Assembly (NCBI GenBank): GCA_046483495.1
Contig: JAWODC010000057.1
Location: 39,062 to 103,061 of the forward strand
DNA length: 64,000 nt
Direction: 5' to 3'
Origin: Desulfobacterales bacterium
GTDB lineage: Bacteria; Desulfobacterota; Desulfobacteria; Desulfobacterales; UBA5616
Shown: one piece after another, positions 1-9,205 of the stretch
Layout of the letters: the number at the start of each line of letters is the position of its first letter
How positions within the stretch are numbered: the stretch's first letter is position 1
Notes under the pieces: model-generated
What the model was told of the DNA's origin: nothing
The model's database searches: none
The model's input: the letters and a program-made list of their open reading frames with translations, nothing else
Translations under genes and position numbers: made by a program

Positions 1-2
1 CG

Positions 3-434
3 AAGAGCCGGCTCCACCGTTTAAAGGCGGAAAACCGCTTCACCCCTGTACTGTATGACTTCATCTGTGAACTTGACATGCAGGTGGACCGTCTTGTTCC
101 TGAAAACTTCATGCGCCTTTATTCATCAGAGCGCTTGAGCGACATCAGGCGGTATTTACAGGCCGTGGTCATACGGGCCGGCAGAGCCCTGGTCAGCCCT
201 GAAAAAGACAGGGCAAAAGCACATGAAATAAAGGTATTCACCGACAGACTGGAGCGGTTTCTGGGGTCTTTAACTCCCCGAACGTCACCGGAAAAGAAAA
301 ACGCCATCGAATCCTTCTTTTGGCTGATCGAGGAATACAAGGTATCCGTTTTCGCCCAGGAACTAAAGACACCGGTAAAAGTGTCCTCAAAAAAACTTGC
401 CGAACTGGCCGGCTCCATCGAGCGGATGGCATAA
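3..434 (+). CDS. hrpA: ATP-dependent RNA helicase HrpA, C-terminal part (5' end outside window)
   Basis: Frame open from base 3; ends in the HrpA/DUF3418-type tail WLIEEYKVSVFAQELKTPVKVSSKKL. Confidence 0.8.
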   Translation, partial: KSRLHRLKAENRFTPVLYDFICELDMQVDRLVPENFMRLYSSERLSDIRRYLQAVVIRAGRALVSPEKDRAKAHEIKVFTDRLERFLGSLTPRTSPEKKNAIESFFWLIEEYKVSVFAQELKTPVKVSSKKLAELAGSIERMA

Positions 435-492
435 CCGCCCGCCCGGGAAGCGGGAGTATGCTAAAGGCGAAAAACAACCTGCTTTAAGTAAA

Positions 493-521
493 TTGACTTT
501 GTTTCGGAATTGTCTTAGTAT
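493..521 (+). promoter_or_regulatory. Putative sigma70 promoter of dnaJ
   Basis: TTGACT (493-498), 17 bp spacer, TAGTAT (516-521). Confidence 0.5.
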
Positions 522-587
522 TTTTAACATAAATATCGGTTATTGGAATTTCACCTGCATGATTCGATTCTTTTGGAGCGCATTTTC

Positions 588-1724
588 ATGGCAAAAGATT
601 ACTATTCAACCTTAGGGGTATCAAAAAACGCATCAAAAGATGACATAAAAAAAGCGTACCGTAAGCTTGCCCGGAAATGGCATCCGGACATTAACCCCGG
701 CAATAAAGAAGCCGAGCAAAAGTTCAAGGAAATTTCAGAAGCTTACGATATTATTGGAGATGAAAAAAAACGAAAGCTGTATGATGAATTCGGTGAGGAA
801 GGGCTTCGCGCCGGATTCGACGCCGAAAAAGCCCGCCAATATCAGCAGTATCAATCCTCCGATCGCTTTTCGGGATGGCAAAGTACCGGACAAGATTTTG
901 GTCGATATGAGCGCTACGAAGATATTTTCGGAGATCTTTTCGGCTTCGGCGGCGGCAGAACCGGATTCAGGACCACGCGTTCCGCAAAAGGACGGGATCT
1001 CGAATATGAACTGACCATTGACATGATGGCGGCGTTGAAAGGTTCCGAAACCGAAATATCCATGCAAAAGCAAAAAGAATGCCCCGTCTGCGGGGGAACC
1101 GGTATGAACCCGGCACAGGGAGCGGCCACCTGCCCCACGTGTGGTGGAACGGGTCAGGTAAAGATGGCTGAAGGCCCCATGGATTTCACCCGCACCTGCC
1201 CCAACTGCAACGGCACCGGCCGGATTGGAACACCCTGCGGCCAATGCCGGGGATCGGGAGCGGTGATCGGGACTGAAAGAATAAAAGTGAACATTCCAAA
1301 GGGGGTTAAGGACGGCTCCAGGATTCGGGTGGCCGGAAAAGGGGAACCCGGGCAAAACGGCGGAAAGCCCGGTGATCTTTTTCTGGTGATTCGGGTCAGG
1401 CCTCATCCGCTCATCAAGCGTGAAGGGGACAACCTCTACATGGATGTTCCGGTTACCGTTTATGAAGCCATGGCCGGCGGGAAAATAACCGTCCCCACCA
1501 TCGACGGGCCGGTAAGCGTGAAAATTCCACCACAAAGCCAAAGCGGTCAGCAGCTGAAATTGAAGGGAAAAGGCGCACCCGACCTCAAGACCAAGAAAAA
1601 GGGGGACCTATACCTGAAGCTGAATGTAAAAGTTCCAAAGACACGGGATGAGGAAATCCTTTCCGCTGCAAAAAGGCTCGATAGTACGTATGAAGAAAAT
1701 ATCAGGGGAGGTATGCGTCTGTAA
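588..1724 (+). CDS. dnaJ: Molecular chaperone DnaJ (class A)
   Basis: Starts [11 protein letters not shown] after GGAG; J domain with HPD; G/F-rich region; four CxxCxGxG repeats; C-terminal domain. Confidence 0.92.
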   Translation: MAKDYYSTLGVSKNASKDDIKKAYRKLARKWHPDINPGNKEAEQKFKEISEAYDIIGDEKKRKLYDEFGEEGLRAGFDAEKARQYQQYQSSDRFSGWQSTGQDFGRYERYEDIFGDLFGFGGGRTGFRTTRSAKGRDLEYELTIDMMAALKGSETEISMQKQKECPVCGGTGMNPAQGAATCPTCGGTGQVKMAEGPMDFTRTCPNCNGTGRIGTPCGQCRGSGAVIGTERIKVNIPKGVKDGSRIRVAGKGEPGQNGGKPGDLFLVIRVRPHPLIKREGDNLYMDVPVTVYEAMAGGKITVPTIDGPVSVKIPPQSQSGQQLKLKGKGAPDLKTKKKGDLYLKLNVKVPKTRDEEILSAAKRLDSTYEENIRGGMRL

Positions 1725-1727
1725 GCG

Positions 1728-1755
1728 AAAAACCCGGTCAAAACCAACGGGTTTA
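1728..1755. terminator. Probable bidirectional terminator between convergent dnaJ and MerR-family gene
   Basis: AAACCCG (1730-1736) / CGGGTTT (1748-1754) inverted repeat. Confidence 0.45.
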
Positions 1756-2076
1756 TCTGCTGTGGTCGGTCTGAATGTCTTTTTCAAATTGCCGCCGCAC
1801 TTCATCAAGTATATCATCGAACTGTTTTCGCATGGCAATGATGTTCTGCCGCATGCGAAGAATAATTTCCACGCCCGGCATATTCACTTCCATTTCTTCG
1901 ATCAACAGTTTGGCAATTCGAAATTTTTCCATTTCTTGCATGGAAAAAACCCGGGATTTTGCATTCCCGGCTCGGGTTGGGCATACGATTTCATATTCCT
2001 CCAGTTCGGCGATAAATTTCTCCTCGACCTGGAAAATGTTCATGATTTCATGTACTGTCCAACAATCCTTGTCCAT
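1753..2076 (-). CDS. MerR-family CbpM/HspR-like protein
   Basis: 107 aa; motif EKFRIAKLLIEEMEVNMPGVEIILRMR; adjacent to dnaJ. Confidence 0.75.
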   Translation of the reverse strand: MDKDCWTVHEIMNIFQVEEKFIAELEEYEIVCPTRAGNAKSRVFSMQEMEKFRIAKLLIEEMEVNMPGVEIILRMRQNIIAMRKQFDDILDEVRRQFEKDIQTDHSR

Positions 2077-2186
2077 GTGTAAACCCCCGGCAGGCGATGT
2101 TCATCCTGTCTCTTCTTCAATCGACAAATTATCACAATCTCTGCTCGATTTCAAGTCGATAAGGGCTTACGACATATGGAACCCTA

Positions 2187-3617
2187 TCAATTATCCCGTT
2201 CTTGAACACGATATTCAACCGTCACCCGGTTTTCTCCCGAAGCCACGGATAAAGCCGGGCTATCCAGTATGACCCGCGCTGATATCCTGCCGCTTCTTCG
2301 GATATTATCCAGCGGTATTTTTTCTGTATATACGGTGTCGAGATCTTTCAGCAAATGGCTTTTTCCCGCAACTTTAATCGCCTGGGGCGTGACAGCGGAT
2401 TCCGTCATGATCAGGTGATCCGGCAGTTTACCTATCCAATGCGCCTGGACCGGAATTTTTTTCACAGTCGACTTTGTCAGAAAAACGGTGACTTCGGACG
2501 GTTCGACTTTTTTAAGCAAAACCCCCGGTGGCAGTGATACTGCATCCAGCGGTATGTCGACCTGCTTTCTGCCCGTCGTTTCGGAAATATTCACCCTTAC
2601 CCGTACCTGGCCGGGTCGAATCGATTTGATCAAAAAGCTCGAACCGCTCACATGCAGACGAACGGTGTTGGTGGAAGACTCGACGATCTCCACCTCGGGG
2701 TCGCTTTTTATATATTCGATCGGAACCTCGAGGGCTACCAGCGTGTCCGATCCGCGGGTGATGCTGTACCAGGTTATGAAAACGAATGAAAACGATAAAA
2801 CTCCCGCCGTTATCAGATCACGCCGCTGCTTCAACAGCTCCTGTTCTTCTTTGGTCGACAAGCCCAAGTGGATGTTCAATGTTTCTTCAAGGCCCCTGGG
2901 ATGATAGAAAACTTCCAGCCCCCTGTCCTTCGCCGCCACGACTTCTCCTCTTTCTTCCGAGGCAAGCAGCACCAGGGCGTCCGTTCTTTCGGACAGTCCG
3001 AGCGCAGCCCGATGGCGGGTCCCCAGATATGAAGGAAGGTCGGTCCTTTCGGAGAGCGGGAGAATGACCCCGACTTTTTCGACACGTCCGCCCTTGATAA
3101 CGGTAGCGCCATCATGCACCGGATTATCCGGGAAAAATATGGAAAGCAACATTTCCTTGGAAACGACGCCCTGCCAATCGATGCCGTTGTTTAAATATTC
3201 ATCGAGGTCGTCATTTCCCGGAATGACCAACAGGGCGCCGATTCGTTTTCGCGCGAGCTCGAACATGGACTCCACGATAATTTCTACCGGGGTTCCGTAT
3301 ACCTTTCCCGGTATTCCCCAGAAAATAGACTTGAGATCGGTTGCCTGGAAAACGGACCTGATCTCGTTTCTGAAAACGATGATGACAATTAGGGCGCCGG
3401 CTGCCGTGATGCCTTGTATGGCCCAACTGAACAGCACAAGTCCGAGAGCAAAGGCGGCACGCTGCAAAAACCACAAAAAAGCGATGCCCACGAGAACCCG
3501 AAAGGTCTTGGTCCCCCTGAAAAGCACGTATAAGCGGAATAGAATATAGCTGTTCAAAAGGATGTCCACGATATCCAACCATCCTATTCCAGAAAAAAAT
3601 GATACGAATCCGCCCAT
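2187..3617 (-). CDS. cdaA: Diadenylate cyclase CdaA fused to a CdaR/YbbR-like region
   Basis: N-terminal TM helices; DAC motifs HDGA and GTRHRAA; a further TM (LITAGVLSFSFVFITWY); then YbbR-like beta-rich domains. Confidence 0.85.
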   Translation of the reverse strand: MGGFVSFFSGIGWLDIVDILLNSYILFRLYVLFRGTKTFRVLVGIAFLWFLQRAAFALGLVLFSWAIQGITAAGALIVIIVFRNEIRSVFQATDLKSIFWGIPGKVYGTPVEIIVESMFELARKRIGALLVIPGNDDLDEYLNNGIDWQGVVSKEMLLSIFFPDNPVHDGATVIKGGRVEKVGVILPLSERTDLPSYLGTRHRAALGLSERTDALVLLASEERGEVVAAKDRGLEVFYHPRGLEETLNIHLGLSTKEEQELLKQRRDLITAGVLSFSFVFITWYSITRGSDTLVALEVPIEYIKSDPEVEIVESSTNTVRLHVSGSSFLIKSIRPGQVRVRVNISETTGRKQVDIPLDAVSLPPGVLLKKVEPSEVTVFLTKSTVKKIPVQAHWIGKLPDHLIMTESAVTPQAIKVAGKSHLLKDLDTVYTEKIPLDNIRRSGRISARVILDSPALSVASGENRVTVEYRVQERDN

Positions 3618-3620
3618 GTT

Positions 3621-4055
3621 TTAATCCACGATACTGAACCGAATGGTCTTGAGAATTTGTCCTGATTTATCAACGATTTCCACCCGCCAGGGACCCTTGT
3701 CCGCTTCTCTGAACTGAAGCTTTGAAACGGTAGACCAACGCGGCGGTTTAAGGGTCAATCGGCGGGATGTGCTCAGCTGATCGCATCGATACCATTTGTG
3801 ATAGACCACCGTTTCTCTGTGAATATCGGTGAAGGAGGTGAAGCAATACACCTCACCGATATCGAGCGAAAAAACGACCGCCCTGTTTACCGGAGCAATC
3901 CCCTCCACCGTCTCACACATAACGGCGGTGTCGAGCACCAGGCCGGATGCTGATTTCTTTTCAACGGGCCATGCAGGTCCAAGCAGCATCAGCAGGCAAA
4001 AACATACGACCGCCGGCACATAACATTTCCACAAGTTCATACGAAAAAATTTCAT
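3621..4055 (-). CDS. Exported DUF2914-like protein (start uncertain)
   Basis: Signal-peptide-like N-terminus; motifs VYCFTSF, HKWY, RWSTVS, GPWRVEI. Confidence 0.65.
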   Translation of the reverse strand: MKFFRMNLWKCYVPAVVCFCLLMLLGPAWPVEKKSASGLVLDTAVMCETVEGIAPVNRAVVFSLDIGEVYCFTSFTDIHRETVVYHKWYRCDQLSTSRRLTLKPPRWSTVSKLQFREADKGPWRVEIVDKSGQILKTIRFSIVD

Positions 4056-4167
4056 CTTGCCTTCACACGATTCTCGAGCCCGTCCAACACATCCGCTTCC
4101 GTGATCAACCGGTAATTCAAAGTGGTTGACCGGATCTACACCGAAATATTCAGGATTCGAGAAACGT

Positions 4168-4596
4168 TTATCCAAATTCAGGTTCGAGTGAATTACCGGC
4201 GCCTTCATCGTCCGAATACCATCGACTTCGTTCGACAGCCGTTTTAAAGGATTTCGCCAGGAATTTTTTAGGAAAACTGTCGAGGGACAAATAAGAGGAC
4301 GCTCCCAAAACCAAGGATCGGGCCATATTCGCTACCATTTGAGATTTTTCATGTTTATCGATAAAATGACGTTCCATTTTGGTTTCATACAGCAGCGATT
4401 CTCCGATCAGCCGTTTGACCCGGCCAAACGACGCATTCATCAACGCCTCGTCGACCGTCTTCTCAGTAACCGGAACAGCGATTCTGAGGATGACCAAGAC
4501 ATACCATCTATCCCCCGCGATCTTCCTGGAACCGTCATATAGATTCACAGTCAGCCCGTTTTTCAATTCGATTGAATCGATAAGTCGTTCCGTCAT
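4168..4596 (-). CDS. Conserved hypothetical protein (start uncertain)
   Basis: Co-oriented ORF within the minus-strand gene run; protein-like sequence LKNGLTVNLYDGSRKIAGDRW. Confidence 0.6.
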   Translation of the reverse strand: MTERLIDSIELKNGLTVNLYDGSRKIAGDRWYVLVILRIAVPVTEKTVDEALMNASFGRVKRLIGESLLYETKMERHFIDKHEKSQMVANMARSLVLGASSYLSLDSFPKKFLAKSFKTAVERSRWYSDDEGAGNSLEPEFG

Positions 4597-4642
4597 TTCA
4601 AAGACTTTAGCGCTGACAACCCCTTCCCCGCACAAAAAGGGT

Positions 4643-5515
4643 TCAACCGTTGCTTCGGCCGAATTCATATTGCATCGGCAAATGATCGAACGCATCCGCC
4701 TCCTCCATACGGCCCCGTTTTCTGCAGCCCTGAGCGTAAATGCTGCATTTTTTTTTCAGCATGTGCAAGGCGGCCTTTTTTTGATGCGCCGAGAGCAGGC
4801 CGCTTGCCATTAACTTGCAAATGGCCCCTATCCTGAACCGGTCCAGTCCGGGAGCCCTGGAAAGCTGATCCTCATGACCCCCGCGCTTCACGATCAACGG
4901 CGCGTCGATCAGGTGAACCGGAAAACGGCAGCTGATTCTCAGCCAGAGCTCATAATCCTCGCAGGCGGGGAGATCTTCATCAAAGGCTCCTACGATGTCA
5001 AGCAGTTTCTTTCGCATCATCACCGCCGAAGGGCTTACAAGGCATAATGCCAGGGATCGCTCAAATATAAGGCCTGATGGTTTTTTGTGCCTCTTTTTCG
5101 GGTTCACCCGAATGCCGTTTCTTATCCAAGTTTCTTCAGTCTGACAGATATAGGCCTCCGGATTGCCATCGAAGAACGCAACCTGGCTGGTCAACTTACG
5201 GGGAAGCCATATATCATCGGAGTCCAAAAAGGCGACGAGATCGCCGGAGGCCGTGCGGATGCCCCTGTTTCTGGCGGCGCTGACCCCTCTGTTTTCCTGG
5301 TAAATATACGTGATCTTGTTTTTAAAAGGAGCCAGCCGGTCTCGTGTGTCATCCGATGATCCATCATCGATAACGATTAATTCAAAATCCTGGAAATCCT
5401 GGTCCAGCACGGATGTTACCGCCTCAGCCACCATGCTCGACCGGTTATACGTGGGAATTACGACACTGACAACCGGGAATTTTTTATGCACAAAAGGGTG
5501 TACGTTCACGGTCAC
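4643..5515 (-). CDS. Glycosyltransferase family 2
   Basis: VSVVIPTYNR, IVIDDGSSD, GVSAARN, AFLDSDD and CEDY motifs. Confidence 0.9.
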   Translation of the reverse strand: MTVNVHPFVHKKFPVVSVVIPTYNRSSMVAEAVTSVLDQDFQDFELIVIDDGSSDDTRDRLAPFKNKITYIYQENRGVSAARNRGIRTASGDLVAFLDSDDIWLPRKLTSQVAFFDGNPEAYICQTEETWIRNGIRVNPKKRHKKPSGLIFERSLALCLVSPSAVMMRKKLLDIVGAFDEDLPACEDYELWLRISCRFPVHLIDAPLIVKRGGHEDQLSRAPGLDRFRIGAICKLMASGLLSAHQKKAALHMLKKKCSIYAQGCRKRGRMEEADAFDHLPMQYEFGRSNG

Positions 5516-5578
5516 GTCACTCGAAAAGCCGGTTTTATCATCTTTAATACCCAGGTGGATATAGAGGTTGTGAGATCT

Positions 5579-6349
5579 TTAGGGTGGACCGTTTAACTTC
5601 AGCGGCTGAATGCCGGGTGCGGCTGAATGTTTGCTGTCGTACTTCAATGCCAGGGGTGTGGTCCGTAACCGCGGCACCGGACTGACGACGATCCCTGCAA
5701 ATGACCCAACCGGAATCTTTCGGATAATGACCGCATCCTTCACCTGGAAGGGGGTTTTTTTAAAGTATTCGGGAACCCGGCATACGGTTTTCCAGGCAAC
5801 GGGCACATTGCCGACTGAATTGCGGACGAGCTGCTTGATGTCCCACACGCTGTAGAAGCAGGCATGCCGATAAATGGAATCGGAAAACACTGCTTTGATC
5901 CGCCGCCGAACCCATGTAACGGAATATCGGTTGTAAATGCCGATAAAAATTCTGTCCTTGGTTACACGGCAGGCTTCTTGAATGACTTTGGAGGCATCAT
6001 CCACATATTCCAGTGTCGTTATCAAGGTGGAATAATGAAAGGCATTATCCTCAAAGGGGAGGTCTTCACCGTAATTACGAAAATATTCGACACGGTTTTG
6101 AAATTTCTCGCGACAGATATCCAACATGAAGGGGGATGGGTCCACCCCGCTGACGTTCAGCCCTTTTTCGACAAAGTCCGCCAGCCGGGCACCGGTCCCG
6201 CATCCGATATCCAGCAATTCCCGGCCTCGTCCCGGCTTGAGCATATCGAATACTAAACGGGCCTCCTGCTCAGCCGCATTCCGGTTCTTTGGGCTGTAGA
6301 ACCACCGTTCATATGTCAAGGCATCTTTGTAGTCAAAAACGTATCCCAT
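5579..6349 (-). CDS. Class I SAM-dependent methyltransferase
   Basis: LLDIGCGTG motif I; GVDPS; LPFEDNAF. Confidence 0.88.
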   Translation of the reverse strand: MGYVFDYKDALTYERWFYSPKNRNAAEQEARLVFDMLKPGRGRELLDIGCGTGARLADFVEKGLNVSGVDPSPFMLDICREKFQNRVEYFRNYGEDLPFEDNAFHYSTLITTLEYVDDASKVIQEACRVTKDRIFIGIYNRYSVTWVRRRIKAVFSDSIYRHACFYSVWDIKQLVRNSVGNVPVAWKTVCRVPEYFKKTPFQVKDAVIIRKIPVGSFAGIVVSPVPRLRTTPLALKYDSKHSAAPGIQPLKLNGPP

Positions 6350-6395
6350 AAGGAGGACTTTTAAGGAAAAAATTGGAATTTTTCAAGGACAAAGC

Positions 6396-7871
6396 TCAGA
6401 CCCCCCGGTTCCCCCCGGAATTTCCTTTGGTTTTGTTTTCAGATGACGATTCCGATGCCTCTTTTTTCTTTTTGCGTCTGGGTTTCCGTTTTCCTCCGGA
6501 ATGCGCTTTTTTCGAATTGCTTGCTTCTGCAGCCGATTCCGTTTCCGGCGGCGGACCAAATCCAAAAAAGCTCCCGGGAAAAGATTTCCGGGATTTTCGT
6601 ACCGGCGCCTTCTTGGACGGCCGGTGGTCGACGCGGCGGCCCAAGCGCCGTCGCACCTCTTTTTTTCTCCTTTTTGGGACGGACGGTTCTGCTGCGGATT
6701 TGTCCTCGAGATACCAGTCAACCTCGGGCCAGACAACCGGAATTTTATACCCCAACATATTCTCCAGTGCTTCAAGGTGAAACACATATTCCTCACATGC
6801 CAGGGATATCGCCGTTCCCTGATGGCCGGCCCGTGCCGTCCTGCCGATGCGGTGGATATAATTTTCTGCGTCCTGCGGGATGTCGTAATTGATTACATGG
6901 CTGATGTTTTCGACGTGAATTCCACGGGATGCGACATCCGTTGCGACCAGTATCTTTAAAGTTCCATCCTTGAATCGCTCCATCAAATTGAACCGGTTTT
7001 TCTGCGGCAAATCACCGGTGATGCCTTCGGCAGGCCGGTCGTTTTGCTTGAGCCTCCGCGCGATCTGCTCGACCCCTGCTTTTGTATTCACAAATATAAG
7101 AACCCGTTCCCAATCTTCTTTTTCCAGAATTCCGAGCAGCAGAGAAAATTTTTTTTCATTTCCAACATGCATCAGTGACTGCTTAACACCCTTAACGGTT
7201 TTTTCATCCGCCGTTACGGAAATAAACTCGGGAAGGTTCATGTACTCGTAAGTCAATTCCATAACCCGATAGGAAAGTGTGGCGGAAAACAGCATGGACT
7301 GGCGTTTTTCAAAATGGGGAAGCTTCCTTAAAATATAGCGCATGTCCTTGGCGAATCCCAAATCCAAGAGCCGATCAGCCTCATCAATGACCACGATTTG
7401 AATGTCCGAGGTGATGAAAACACCCTTTTTATAATAGTCAATGATCCGGCCCGGCGTGCCGATGACGATGTCGACCCCGCTTTTCAGCTTGTCGGCCTGT
7501 TTTACATAATCAACACCACCAAAGACATTGACGAGTCGAAAATGTAAATAGCGGCCGATTTTTTCCGCCTCATCGAATATCTGGGAGGCCAACTCGCGCG
7601 TGGGCGCCACGATAAGGGCACGGGGATTTTTTTCTCCACCCGCTGGAAGCAACGGCAATCGTGTAAAAATGGTGATTAAAAATGCGGCCGTTTTCCCGGT
7701 GCCGGTCTGTGCCTGCCCGGCGATATCCCGACCGGTGAGAGCGACCGGCAACGTTCGCGCCTGTATAGGCGTACAATACGTCAGGCCGATATCGTTGAGT
7801 CCGTTTAGAACGTTATCCGGCAGATTCAGGGATTCAAACGTTGTCGAGGTTAGGAACTGAGGTTTTTCCAT
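6396..7871 (-). CDS. DEAD-box RNA helicase (RhlB-like) with basic C-terminal tail
   Basis: Q motif, AQTGTGKT, PTRELA, DEAD, SAT and HRIGRTAR. Confidence 0.92.
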   Translation of the reverse strand: MEKPQFLTSTTFESLNLPDNVLNGLNDIGLTYCTPIQARTLPVALTGRDIAGQAQTGTGKTAAFLITIFTRLPLLPAGGEKNPRALIVAPTRELASQIFDEAEKIGRYLHFRLVNVFGGVDYVKQADKLKSGVDIVIGTPGRIIDYYKKGVFITSDIQIVVIDEADRLLDLGFAKDMRYILRKLPHFEKRQSMLFSATLSYRVMELTYEYMNLPEFISVTADEKTVKGVKQSLMHVGNEKKFSLLLGILEKEDWERVLIFVNTKAGVEQIARRLKQNDRPAEGITGDLPQKNRFNLMERFKDGTLKILVATDVASRGIHVENISHVINYDIPQDAENYIHRIGRTARAGHQGTAISLACEEYVFHLEALENMLGYKIPVVWPEVDWYLEDKSAAEPSVPKRRKKEVRRRLGRRVDHRPSKKAPVRKSRKSFPGSFFGFGPPPETESAAEASNSKKAHSGGKRKPRRKKKKEASESSSENKTKGNSGGNRGV

Positions 7872-7981
7872 TAAAAATATTGCAATACATGAAATTGCAT
7901 ATCCGTCAAGTATAATTTTAAAAATACTGCAATTCTTATTCGATTTGAACTGGTATAGGGTTTGTGATAACGTATTTTTTT

Positions 7982-9205
7982 ATGAAAGAATTTTTCAAGG
8001 TCATGCATTTGCGGGAGGTTTTGGCGCTTACAGCGGCATATTCACCTGTAGGCACGGAAGAGGTTCGTCTCAGCGATTCCTTCGACCGCATTCTCGGGTC
8101 GGAAATTATTTCCGATATCGATATACCGAATTTTTCCAGAAGCACCGTGGACGGGTATTCGGTTCTCGCCTCATCCACGTTCGGCGCGTCCGAGTCCAAT
8201 CCGGCTTATCTAAACATCGTGGGATCGGTTGGAATGGGAGAAATGCCGTCTTTTTCGATCCGTTCTCAAGAAGCCGCCGGCATCCCGACAGGCGGCATGA
8301 TGCCCGACGGCAGTGACGCCGTGATCATGGTGGAGCATACCGACCGGCTCGACGATACGGCACTGGAGGTCTATAAAAGCGTGGCCCCGGGGCAGCATAT
8401 GATCGGGATCGGCGAAGATATCCAAAATGGGAGCATCGTTTTGGAAAAGGGCCGCCGCATCAGGGCACAAGAATCGGGTTTTCTGGCCGCTCTCGGCAAA
8501 AACACCGTTACCGTCTTTCGAAAACCGGTGGTGGGTATCCTTTCCACCGGGGATGAAATTGTTTCCATCGAGGATACTCCCGGCCCCGGCCGAATCCGGG
8601 ACATCAATTCGTTCACCCTATCCGCCCTGGTTCATAAAGCGGGAGGAATCGCCAAACCATACGGTATCGTACGCGACAATTACGATGCCCTCTTTGAAAA
8701 AAGCAGCCTGGCGTTATCCCAGTGCGATATGGTACTGATTTCGGGGGGCAGTTCCGTAGGCACCCGTGATTTTACCACATCTGTTTTATCGGCCCTGCCG
8801 GATTCCCGTATCCTCGTCCACGGCATTTCGATCAGCCCCGGAAAACCGACGATCCTTGCTGAAACCGGAAAAAAACCGGTTTGGGGACTACCCGGGCATG
8901 TGACGTCTGCAATGGTGGTGTTTCAGGTCGTGGTAAAGCCCTTTATCGAACGGATCTCCGGATCAGCTCCTCAGCCGGTTTGGAAAATCCCGGCCATCCT
9001 CGATCGCAATATATCGTCCGCCCAGGGCAGGACCGATTTCATTCGGGTAAGACTGGTATCCGGAAATGGCGTACTTGCAGCAGATCCCATCCTTGGAAAA
9101 TCCGGCTTGATCAACACCATGTTGAGAGCCGACGGATTAATCGAGATCGGAGTCAACACGGAAGGGCTGGAAAAGGACACCCCGGTAGAGGTGATGCTGA
9201 TATGA
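7982..9205 (+). CDS. moeA: Molybdopterin molybdotransferase MoeA
   Basis: STVDGY, IPTGG, STGDE, SGGSSVG, PGKP and GLPG motifs. Confidence 0.9.
   Translation: MKEFFKVMHLREVLALTAAYSPVGTEEVRLSDSFDRILGSEIISDIDIPNFSRSTVDGYSVLASSTFGASESNPAYLNIVGSVGMGEMPSFSIRSQEAAGIPTGGMMPDGSDAVIMVEHTDRLDDTALEVYKSVAPGQHMIGIGEDIQNGSIVLEKGRRIRAQESGFLAALGKNTVTVFRKPVVGILSTGDEIVSIEDTPGPGRIRDINSFTLSALVHKAGGIAKPYGIVRDNYDALFEKSSLALSQCDMVLISGGSSVGTRDFTTSVLSALPDSRILVHGISISPGKPTILAETGKKPVWGLPGHVTSAMVVFQVVVKPFIERISGSAPQPVWKIPAILDRNISSAQGRTDFIRVRLVSGNGVLAADPILGKSGLINTMLRADGLIEIGVNTEGLEKDTPVEVMLI

Noticed and set aside
8881..9201. N-terminal 107-aa extension of the MoeA-PBP ORF
   Set aside because: Lies inside the upstream moeA; the ATGA-coupled start at 9202 is more plausible.
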